Positions 13,101 through 25,100 of a stretch of DNA of 64,000 nucleotides are shown here, piece by piece. The stretch is from Aplysia californica (lineage: Eukaryota). The position numbers and the translations under genes were made by a program. Where the stretch lies: contig NW_004797392.1 in the NCBI RefSeq assembly GCF_000002075.1, positions 1,236,306-1,300,305 of the forward strand, given 5' to 3'. Under the pieces are notes generated by a model that worked only from the letters and a program-made list of their open reading frames with translations, was not told the origin of the DNA and made no database searches. Numbering within the stretch: position 1 is the first letter of the stretch; every line of letters begins with the position of its first letter.

Positions 13101-16100
13101 TGCTTTACACAAATCATTGCACTTTTGCAGTTACTGTGATGTTCTTTGATCTGTCATGTATGTCTATAGGGCTAGACATTAAATGTTGGTATGCAATATT
13201 GAGCATTAACAGGCCCCAGTAATGCCCTCTTCAGTAAAATCCCACTGTTGTCAAATTACTCCTTACTATGCCAGTGCTGGTGGCTGATGATCACTTACAA
13301 GCACATCCCCTTCGTATTTTTTTGTTTAAGTAAGAGTTTTAATGCATCTGCATCACAATAATGTCATATAAGTGCCGAAGATTAAAGGTGCCACAAGAGA
13401 GTAACAAACAAAAAAGAAGGAGGGTAGATAAGAACAATAAATGTTTGATAGGAAAGAAGTAGAAAACTGCACCAGAACACCTGTCAACTGCTCACTCACA
13501 CACCCCCTTTCTGCTTAAATTTGTACAGGGGCAAAGGAGATAACTTCCGGCTGGGCCATGGCTGTGAGGAGCACATCAGACATCCGAAACAGATGGAGGG
13601 TCTGGGGGGTCGGCGAGTACGGAGCTTGGCCATAGGTTCCATGCACTGTGTGGCTGTGACGGAAGAGGGCGAGGTCTACTGCTGGGGCAAAAATGACCAG
13701 GGACAGCTGGGCGACGAAACTCACGCCAACGTGAATGAACCGATATTGGTGCCGGGCCTGGATGGGAAGCACATTGTTGGGGCTTCGTGTGGGCCATCAC
13801 AGGTTAGACTTTTGTGTGTCAGTCAGTTGTCAGTTCTAACAATGGGTCTTATGTTTTTGAATGAATGAAAATTACTTGTTTATTATATTAATAGCTCTCT
13901 AGGTCTTATTGATTTTCTGAATTTTGAAGAATGTGTGTCTTTAGAGTTGTTATGTTTTTGGAGCAATTTCTGGAGGATGAAGATGTGAGGTGGGAGACAA
14001 CAATGTTTCGAAAAGATCAAGCATTAGGGGACTAGATAATGTGAGAGACTTTATGCTATATTTGGGATAGGTGGAAGTTAATCTCTATCTGTTTGTTTCT
14101 GTTTTTCGTCATACCTTTTTTTTCAAAAGATAAGTGACCTTAATTATATTAATGTACTTCAGCATATACTGAGTCTCAAAACTATACCTCACAGAGCTTC
14201 TTTTGGTCCTCGAGCGACCAGTGGAGCGTGGGTTCAAGGATTCCCTTTATCGTGGAGGTTAGCCGCAGCACCCTAGAACAGCTGGAAGAATTGCTGCGTG
14301 AGGTCACAGAAGGCATGGATGGACGCAGCGACTGGCCCCCACCTCAGGACAGAGAATGTATCGCTGTAGTTGCCCTCAACTTGCTCAACCTCCAGGTATT
14401 TTTTTCTAACCTAACAGAATCCTTGCTGTAAAAGAGTTTGTTCTTGTGAAGACGTGATTGTGGCTAACTCAGAGCAATCAAGCCAAATACACGAAAAGCT
14501 TTTTTTTTCTACTCTTTGACAATCTTGCTCTACTGCACCTCGTAACCCACCGATGGCCAGATGGTGCTGCATGAAGGAAGGTCCTATTTCTTGGCCATCT
14601 GGTTTTTGTTTGTCTTCCTCTGAATAGTCAGCCCATATATAAATTGATGCGAAAAAGTTTAAACTCAACGGTGCTCTTCTCATAAACTTTAGTAACAGTT
14701 AAAGTAATTTGTTTATTATCTTTTTGTTTCAGGGAGAAATATTCTTCTTTCTCAGGATATTTACACAATTATGTTGTGAAAGAATTATTTGCTAACCAAA
14801 TAACACTTTTATCATGTTATATTTTCATAATTAAAACTGTATGTTGTGGGTGGTTGGAGGTTGCTCTGGTGTGGTTTGATTCGTCTTTCCTATCAAACAT
14901 CTATCGTCATTATCTCTCCTCCTTTTTTGTGTTTGTTACTCTCTTGTAACACCTCTAATCTTCAGCACTTATATGACCTTATTGTGTTGCAAGTGCCGTA
15001 AAACACTTACTAGAACTATTTAAAAAACTGTATGATTCCACAGCTCCATGCCACCATCTGCCAGTCTGAGGATGTGGAGGCCGTGGGTCTAGGTCAGGGC
15101 AGTCCCTTGGCAGAGAGCCTTAAGCAGCGAGTGGTCAGTCTGGCCTCACACAGCGGGGTCATTGCCACCATCCAGAGGGCAGCTCAGGCCACTCTGCACA
15201 GCGGCTGGTCACTCCTGCTGCCCACACCCGAGGAGAGAGCCAGGGCTTTGTCGTCATTGCTTTCTTCTGGGAGTGAGTTGCAAGAAATTTTGTTTTATAC
15301 TTAATATCAGTTCTAAGAATTATGTTACTGTCGAAATTGGTCCTGAATACCAAGTAAAAAACTGCACCAATATTCTTTTTAAGAAATAAGTGTGATGTCA
15401 ATTTGGTTCATTTTTAACTCTTTAAAGAAAATTTGCTTCTACATTCTTAAGGACTGTGTATTGATATGACTGAATTAAACAAGCATTTGTTTTTCAATTT
15501 CTTCTTTTCTTTATTTGTAGAATTGGGGAAAAGACGATGCTCATTTTTTGAAATCTTCAAGATATATGAGCATGAAGTCCACATCACATTTAATCTTTTT
15601 TGAAGTGCTTTTAAATAATTCAATTTTACTGATGAGAAAAGGCTTTGAATCAAGATATAGATCATCTTTTTTAAAAATGAGAAATACATACTCTATGTAA
15701 AACTCCTTATTTCAACAACATTTCACAAGCGATGATACATTATACCCGCAGGCCGTGATATGACTGTGATGTCCAGTGGTCAGCGGTTCATGACGGACCT
15801 CTTGGTGAGCTCCCTCATGGCTGATGGGGGCCTGGAGACAGCCTTGCACTTGGCCATCAAAGCTGAGGTCAAGGACATGGATGATTCCAAGGTAAATGCA
15901 CCCAAAGACTTTATTTTTTCTATCATTCGGTGTTCTTGGTCAGAGTGAGTATTTGTATTAATATTCAGCGCCTTTTAGAGATGGGTTTTGTTCTGGTGTC
16001 ATTGTAGTTGTATGGAATGCATAATGAATGTTTGTGTGTGTCTGTGTCTCTATGTGTCCTTGTAACCTGCTTCTTTTCTTCGTTAATTTTGACCTTCTCC

Positions 16101-19100
16101 CTTAACCCTTTGGGCCCTGGGCCCCTTACCAGAAATGTTCCCACAGCCAGGACTCCTTGGCATTTTCATTATAAAGGAACTGGTACCTAGAGAAGACTCT
16201 GACATGTGTGTGGGGGCATGTTTCTAGGCCCTCGTAAAGAACCATTAAATGCTTTATCTGCTGGAATTTAGCCTTTACACCACTTTGAGTGCTAGTTCTG
16301 GATCTACATCTAGATCTACCTGTTTTCAGGATACTCTTGTTTCATTCATAGATCTATAACCTTCATCATCACTCAAATCTAGTTCTAGGCCTTCATCAGA
16401 AACTGATTAAAAATCTGTCTCTGTGTAATATTCATCTGATTCAACATTCTAAATTAGAAAAATTCCTGGAAATCTTTTAGCACTTCGGCTACACTAAACA
16501 ATTTCCTACAAGAATGACTTATCCTGGAATTGCAGGTGTCTGGCTGGTTCAGTTTCATATTGAAATGTCTCAAAATTTAGGTTAGCAGGTGTTCAGGTGC
16601 GGTTTGCTACTCCTTTGTTATCAAACATCTTTTATCCTTATCTCTCCTCCTTTATTGTGTTTGTTACTCTCTTGTAACATGTCTAATCTTCAGCACTTAT
16701 ATGACCTAATTGCTTGTGCAGTAAAACTCCTGCTAAAACTAAGCCTTTAACTGGGCACCAGCAGTTGCTGGAGAAGGAAAAGAATGATTTAGAATTTTTC
16801 TGCTTTTTAAAAAATACAACAACACCCCCCCCCCCCCCCCCCCCCTTTCAAATTTGAAATGACAACAGCTTTTTTTTCCTTTTAAAATGTTACCTTTTTG
16901 CGTGCTTTTGCAGGAGAAAGAGAGTGAGATGAAGACAAAGAAAGAGGGAGGAGATGCTGAAAAGGACAAGATTGGAGAGGCAACGAATGCTGTGAAGAGT
17001 GAGACGCCCCTGCTGGATGTCCAGCTGGGAGAGCAAACTGAGGATGGAGAGACCTCTATACCTCTGCTACAACTTATACACCAACTCTTTAGGTTTGTCC
17101 TGAAGGATTTGAACGATCTGTGTGCTTGCCCTGTTACCTCTGGAACGTTTACTGTTGGTCATCTAGATTTTCAATGCTCTTGAAAAATAATGAAATCCAA
17201 GAAATCGGCATTCTCCCTCTGGTTTTTGATTTCTGTCAAATTTTGGGGTTTTCGCCGAACATCTTTTATGTCCATTTAATATCACATTTCTGAGTGGATT
17301 TTACTGGAAAAACATTGATCAAAGGCACTGCAAAAAGAAATACGAAAATTTGCAGTTTCCGGGGACCCTCAAGCTTTAGAAGTCTCCAAATTTGTCGGCC
17401 ATCTTCTTGAAAATATTTACCTCTGATGCCAAGTAGCCGCCTTCAAACATATTCTATGTTTTCGTTATTTTCAGGAACTCGTCAACTCACACTTTGTCCA
17501 AGCTCCAGGAGGAGGCCAAGTGTCGGGGCATGAGGTCACCCGATGGCGACTCCCCGGAAAACTCCCCGTCCCTCGACCTCCTGCTGCAGTTCCAGAGGCT
17601 TCTCATCGCTCGCATTTTCCTCAACAAGTCAACTGACGAGCACCACTCCGTCCATTCACTTCACTCTGTGTCGGGAGAGTCCAAGCCTTGCAAGAACAAA
17701 GAAACTTCTTCACTGCCCGGCAGTGTCTTTCAGGGAGAGACAGGTGATATGGTTGTTCACTTTAATAATGATAATAATAATGATAATAATGATAATAATG
17801 ATAATAATAACAATACCAACAATAATAATGATAATATAACGTCAGGAACACCAACAGCAACAACAACGAGAGCAACAATAATAATGATAATAATAATTAC
17901 ATTTATATAACGCATATCCTTTGATGGTATTTGATTCTGTTTGCTCTAACTTGTTTTTCATGTACATATATATTTCTTAGTCTGCTTGCTTTTGATTATG
18001 CATATGATGATCTGTTTGATGAAATAAATATGGAACAGAGAGGGAGAAGAGAAAGAAAAGACTTGGACAGTGAGAGAAAGAGGAAGAGAATGTTGACCCA
18101 TCATATGAATCCTTGCTGTTGAACAATGTTGTCTTTTACTTTTGATTTATGTTGCAGAAGCTGACGAAAACACAATGTTACTTTTTTTTACATGAAAAAA
18201 ATAAAATGATGGGTGGTTGGCGGGTGTTCTGGTGGGGTTTGCTCCTTCTTTCCGATCAAACACCAATCATCCTTATCTCTCCTCCTTTTTTTTGTGTTTG
18301 TTACTCTCTTGTAATGCCTCTTATCTTCTGCACTTAATGTGACCTAATTGTGTTGCAAGTGCCTTAAACCTCTTACTAAAACATTTTAAAATAGAAATTA
18401 ACTGGTTTTTGTTGCTTTATCTGAACCAGGCTATGAGATGCTGGGTGCTGCGTCTCTGCTGCGCAAATACTGCAGCCTGTTGGTGGGCCATGTGTCCAGT
18501 ATCCTGCCCACAGCAAGCAGTGTTGGAGAGATGAGTGCTCGCAGTTTTGCTGCTGTCACCTCCATACTGAACAGGGATGTTATTGGTAAGTTTTCTTGCC
18601 TTCCCTCCCTTTCTGTTGTTGTTGTTGTTGCTGTTATTGTTGTTACCAGTCCAGCAACAGCTGAGCTCTCACCCTTCTGTCCAGTGCCATTTAGTGATAA
18701 GTGCAGTTTTGCTGCAGTTGCGGTAATGTTCCATAGAGTGTGTTGTCAATGTGAGGTCTCGGGGGAGGGGGGCTCTCTCTTGGTGTATAGGTCCGATGTC
18801 ATTTAGGGCTGCTTAGTGGAACAGGTGATGATCCACTGTCTCACCTTTTCTGTGTCCATACTAACAAGGGCATCACATCGTTCACACTTCCTTTCTGGTG
18901 GTGGGGAGGGGGGGTGTGTGTGCAAAGAATAGCACCTGTCATGGTACTGTGTATTTTAAGAGATGACTTAAGAAAAGAGCCAGTTGGCAGATGGCCAACT
19001 ACCCAACCCAGTAAAGACTCAAAAAGTTACCAAAACATGAGATTGAAGTTCACTTTAATTGTCTTCTTTAGTCTGATCTTGTCATCTTCTTTCTTCTTTT

Positions 19101-22100
19101 TTAACCAAGCCATTTTTTTTTCACAAAGGGTCTACTCTTCTGTACTTGCTTGGAAAGATTGATTGAGGAATCGACCAAAAGAGTGCTGTCGAATCTGCTC
19201 TAATGACCACGAGTCCAAGACATTCACTTGTACAAACCTCTACTTTGCACTTTTTCCTATTGTGTTCCTTCTATATTACAACGAGACTGTCCAAGACGAC
19301 CACCTATCTAAGTTGACTACTTTTCTGCTCGACAGTCCTGGAGTTTTATTTTAAAAGACCGTATAATCTAGTTTTGTAAAATGTTTAGGAGAGCCAAAGA
19401 AACGCTTCTTTTCCTTTCAACAGTCAGTCTCTTTGAATATTTTCAAAGCACTTTCTCTACCTTATTTATTAAGATATTGATGCCAGGTTAAGGAAGAAAT
19501 GTGCTTCGTGTTTTAAACTCAGGTGGAATAGATCTTCCAATTTTTTTTTGGAAAACTGGATTTACTTTCTTTTAAAATAAAAGTCCAGAATGGGTGGGCA
19601 TCTTGGACAAGTTCAACTGCATTTGGCTACCTCAGAATTACAAAGTTCTATCTGCTCAGTACCCAGTTTTTGAGAACATGTCAAGCTTTTTCGAATGCAT
19701 TTCTTTGAATATCTTGATAACGACTCCAAATAATCTTGCCATTTTGTTAGAGAAGATAGAACATTTTGGTTTCTGAGCTCATGATCTCAGTTACTCAAAA
19801 CGGCCAGAAATGTCAGATAGAACTTTGTAATTCTGAGGTAGCGATTTGTTTTCATAACATTTTCTGATGAGATACCAGCTTCTTACAATACAGAAAGGGT
19901 TTTATTTAATGTCTCCTGCATTTTTTTTTCTTTACTCATCCTCAGGCATTTTGCTGCCAGAAATGGTGACCTGTCTGGTGCTGCTGCAGCTGCGATGTCC
20001 CCAGGTCATGCAAGCATCGAGGGCGGCCCAGCTGTTGTCCCAGGTGCTGGACGAACTGGACTACTTCAACCACCTGGCACCGGGTGCAGAGAGAGAGGAC
20101 ACGGAGGACTTGGCCTGGCCGGGGGTCTGGAGTGAGTCATCAGTTTTTCTTGTCTTTTAGTTTGACAAGTGCTTTCCACCTTATGTACGTGACGGTAAAG
20201 TGAGAGAGTAAGTAAGTTTGTCAAGTGCTCTCCACCTTATGTACCTGATGGTATAGTGAGAGAGTAAGTTTGTCAAGTGCTCTCTGCCTTATGTACCTGA
20301 CGGTATAGTGAGAGAGTAAGTTTGTCAAGTGCTCTCCGCCTTATGTACCTGACGGTATAGTGAGAGAGTAAGTTTGTCAAGTGCTCTCTGCCTTAAGTAC
20401 CTGATGGTATAGTGAGAGAGTAAGTTGGTCAAGTTCTGTCCACCTTATGTACCTGATTGTATTGGGAGAGAGTAAGTAAGTTTGTCAAGTGGCAAAAGCT
20501 TCAAATTTATTTATCACTAGGGTGTGTCCTTGAGCAAAAGATATTAGGTTTGGCTCAAAGAAAGCAATGTTGGGCATAGGTGTGTCTGTTGTATGTTTAA
20601 TATATTGATAATGCCGTAAAACTTATATTCAAAATGAATCACTTGTAATATATTTATGCTAAATGATTTTGTATAATCTGTATGCCTTCTTGCTTCCTAT
20701 TAGGTGCTAAGCACAACTCCTTAATGGAATGCTGCTTCAAATTGTGTCCCTCACAGGTTACAGTTTGGAGAAGTACAGCATGCGTGGTTGTGAAGACAGT
20801 CAGATGATCCGCAAAGCTGACCTGGAGAACCACAACAAAGACGGTGGCCTCTGGGTGGTGATCCACGGCAAAGTGTACGACCTTCAAGACTTCCGTGACC
20901 AGGCACCCTGTGGCGCCGACACATTCCAGGAGTGGGCAGGTACATATCTTGGTCATGTTTTTGCTTGCTGCAAAAAAAAAATATGTCCAGAATAGGAAAT
21001 TTGCAAGATTTTGAACACTTAATCCTGTGACATGACTTGTAGAAGATTTTTAGGTCAGGAAGAAGAATAACTCAGGTCTTATGTGCCCTACTTTTATACT
21101 AGACTAGCTGATAGTTGGATGACACAACTGATAGTTCCTGCCTCTTTACTGTACTTTTATTGTTTCTGCTTTATTCCCGTTTTTCCCCCCAACAACATTA
21201 TGACAATTACCATGTTTATGAGGGTTTTTTTCTAAGCTCATATTCTTAGTCATAAACACCAGCAACGTCCTTATTGCTTTTCAATATGCCATGCACATAG
21301 ACAATCAGCTTCCAAAGGGGGACATTTCTCGTTCATGCACAGTAGAATTGTAAATGGATTGATTCACCATGTCACTCTCAACAGGGCACTGCTGCTTTTT
21401 CTTTCCTAATCCTTGCTATTGTCATTTTCCTCTACTTCTTTTGTATATTTGTCACACTCTTGTGACCTGCTATTTCTGGAGTGCCTTGATAGTCGAAGCA
21501 GACTTTGTGCTGTTGAAGCTAGAGAGATGAGCAGTCGAAGTCTGATTCCCTGTAAAGACTTCTCTGTTGACACCCGCCCCTTGCCGCTCATATGACCTTA
21601 TGCAGTTGTGAGCGCCGTAAAACCCTCTCCCCAAAAAAAAAAAGACAATCAGCGTCAATAAGTATGCCATCTATTGTCTTCCGCTCAGGCCGCGACGCAT
21701 CACTTGCATTTGAGTCTGCACATCACTCAGACGATGCCAGAGAGATGATGAGTTGTTTTTATGTGGGACAGTACATTGATGTAAGTTTCAAAAGTCTTTC
21801 TCATGTTTACATTTTTGTGTGAATTTTATTTTATTTTTTCAAGTTTCAGAATCACAATTTTATACTGACATCTCAAGGTGAATTGGAGAAAACATACACT
21901 TGTCAGGCTTTTCATTTTGCATAGACTATTTAGTTTATGTTTCTAGTCCACATTTTTCATTTATCATCATGTTTTTAATTATGATTTGTTGCTATGTTAG
22001 TATTCCTGGTATTTCCTTTCTTCCTAGTATTGCTTTTCTGAAGAGCTTGAGGAGTACTTTCTTAGGGACTTCTTTTTTTATCTGCTATCTATCCTTTTTC

Positions 22101-25100
22101 ATTTAGGTGCTTGTAAGTTTTATAATAATATATTAAAGGCGTTGAACATAAATACTCGCCATTGATTTCAAGTTTATGATTTGTAGATGAAAGGTTTTTG
22201 GTAGATCGAAATTCCCTTTTAAACCCTTTATTTTTTCAGCTGTTGTTTTGTTTTTCTTGAGCAATAATGTGTTGTTGTTTTGGTTTTTGGTCTTTTCAGC
22301 CTGAGAAAGACACAGTCCAGACCCCAGGAAGCGGCTCCATGTCCTCTCCCCTCATTGACACAGAACGGACACTCGGGGTGCTCTTGGGATTGAATGCTGC
22401 GCAGCAGGTCTGAGCATTGTTGTATAAGCTTGTCATTAGACTAATATTAGCTTCTGTCTCAACTTTGTTGTCTTACTTACTTTACTTTACTTTATCCGTC
22501 CTCTTCTACTTCTTGGGCTTCGAGGGATGAAAGAGCTTCCTGTGTCTAGCAAGTTTGATGGCTTGCCTTACTGGGATTTGTATGTTCATAAGATGAAGAA
22601 CTATCAAAATAGGTTTGTTAGTTTCGATTTAATGACCCATTTAATGATGTTTTTGTCGTTTTTAGATTTTGCACCAAAAAGGGCCCAGGCGCTGTGGGTT
22701 CACCCACCTCGGAGATAAAGAGTTAAAAGAAAATTATTTTTAAAAAAATTGAAATGTATTTGCGGTCTCTTTATAAAATAACTTCTTTAGTCCCCACTCA
22801 TTAATGTCATGTATGTTGTGCATGCCCAGGTCCGCAGCACTAGCTTGTCAGCGGATGAGCTGGAGAGCAGACAATGGCTGCAGTCAGAGTTCTTCTCCGG
22901 AGGGCTGCAACTGCTGAATCAGGCTGGCTTTGACGAAGAAAAGGGAGAGAGCCGAAGTGCAAGCACTTGCAACACTCCTGGTACGTCATCCAGCGGGCTA
23001 CAAAGAGATACAACTTGGTTGCTCTGTATGTATCTGTTCTTATTTGACAAGAGTATAAAAAAGCGGCTGGTTTGGCGGGTGTTCTGGTTGGGTTTGCTCC
23101 TTCCTTTCTATGAAACATTTATTGTCCTGATCTCTCCTGTTTCTTTTTTGTGTTTGTTACTCTCTTGTTACACCTGTAACCGTAGGCACTTATTTGACCT
23201 TTTTGTGTTGCAAGTGCCGTAATTTTTTACTAAAAGAAAAGAGTTTTAAAAGTTTGGGTTGGCTTGCTGAAGATGTCATTGTCGCTACTTATGATGGCTT
23301 TGTTTACCATTCACAAACTGATGAAATTCTAATGGGGTTTTTTTTTTTCATTCTTTCATCTCTTCCGGTACTCAACCAGTAATTTTATCTGTTCATTTGT
23401 GGGTGCTGAGGGGTTGTACCAGTGGTCATGACCTATTCCATGTTGCTCTTCGGATCACAAGGGTGTCAGGTAGACCTAGAATTATTTCTAGAGCTTCCTG
23501 GACTGTAAGTAGAAAGAAATATTAACATTGATCAACAAAGAGTGCTTCAGTAGTTTTTTGTTTGTTTCCAATATCATATAATGATAAAGACTCTTTTAAG
23601 CTATGTCTGTCCATATTGTCTTTGTTGTAGTTATATTCAATCATCTGACAGCTGAGGTCTGTTCTAAAAATCAATTGAGTTTTCGACGCAATCCAACAAA
23701 TTCAGGAAATCTTATTAGACCTAGATGACCCGTGTGTTGTTTTTCCTGGAATAACATTGTCAACTTTTGTGGCATCGGTGTTCTAGTGGTTAGGCTCTCA
23801 GACTCACAACCATGGGCGGTGGGTTCAAATCCCATCAAGGACCCGGCATTGTGTTCTTGGGAAAGGCACTTTACTTGTATTTACCTCACTTTTCCCAGGT
23901 GGTAATGGGTACCTAGCTATAGACAGCTAAAGGTCTTGTCAGTTTGTTAGTGTTTAAACGTGTGCACTGTGCAACTTGCATTGTATGCTTCCTGGGAAGT
24001 GTTTAAATGTGTGCACTGTGCAGCTTGCACTGTATGCTTCCTGGGAAGCCGAGAATGTCTCTGATTGTTCTGGGGTCTGCTGGGGGTAATAATGGTTGTA
24101 AAGTGCATGGGGCATGTTGTAGAGTGTGGATATGTGCAATATAAATGCAATTATTATTGTTTTGGTGCAAACAGCTGGTGCCACACCCACATCTGAGCAC
24201 TGCAACGTGACCCAGAGTGCTGTAGACAAGGAGAGGAGGTTCCAGGCGGAGCAAGCAAGCACGGACACTGCCAGACCTTTTCTGCACGCCTTGGCCGAGT
24301 CGAGAGTGCAGGACCCCACTGTTAAGGTTGTTGTTTGTGTTATGCTGTCGTGTGTTCAGGCGTCGACTTTTTATTTGAAAATCCCACTCTTGCGTTTTGA
24401 TTCATTTTTATCCAGATTTTTGTCTTCTTGTGTTTTGGGGGATATGGCACTCTTAATATCTAATGATGTGTTTGTTGAATGTTTTTTCCCTGGGTCATTT
24501 TGCTGTGCTTTAAAAAAAAACTATATCTTTGTTTAGAATGCAGGAAGTAAATATAGTCCCAAAAGAGTTTAAGCTTTTGCTGAATTTCACTTAATGAAAT
24601 GAAAAAATGTAGTTCGTCTTTATTTTGTGTCCAACAAATTTTTTAATACTCAGAAAACAATTGCCTTCTCATTTTCTCCACTTACTATGATATTTAGCTT
24701 GCACAGTTGATATGAATTTCAAAATAAGATCGGTATTGTACTTTGTTTTACATTAGTATTTTTCTGTATTTCCTACAGGCATTTTTGAGTATGGTAGACA
24801 AGTACTGCCGTACGCACCACCTCTTGTTCCCTTTTGATTTCCCATCGGATCACCCTGTTGAGGAAGTTGGCAGGTGAGTTCAGGAAATATTATAGAGCTT
24901 CAAATGTATGGAGTATTTTTTATTTTTTGTTTCTTGTTTGAAAATGATAATCTATTGTGTCTGCTTTTTGTATGTGATATCAGTTTTAATTTGCTCATAC
25001 TCCAGAAATTTTGAAAAGTTTGAATAAAACAAAGGGTCCCCCCATCCCAGTATTTCTTATACCTTTTTTAATGTGGCCAGTCATCTCTGTTGTTGGAGTA

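Noticed and set aside
20160-20490. CRISPR-like or hammerhead-retrozyme array
   Set aside because: Units are contiguous with no unique spacers; CTGATGG is present but a proper CTGANGA/GAAA hammerhead core is not.
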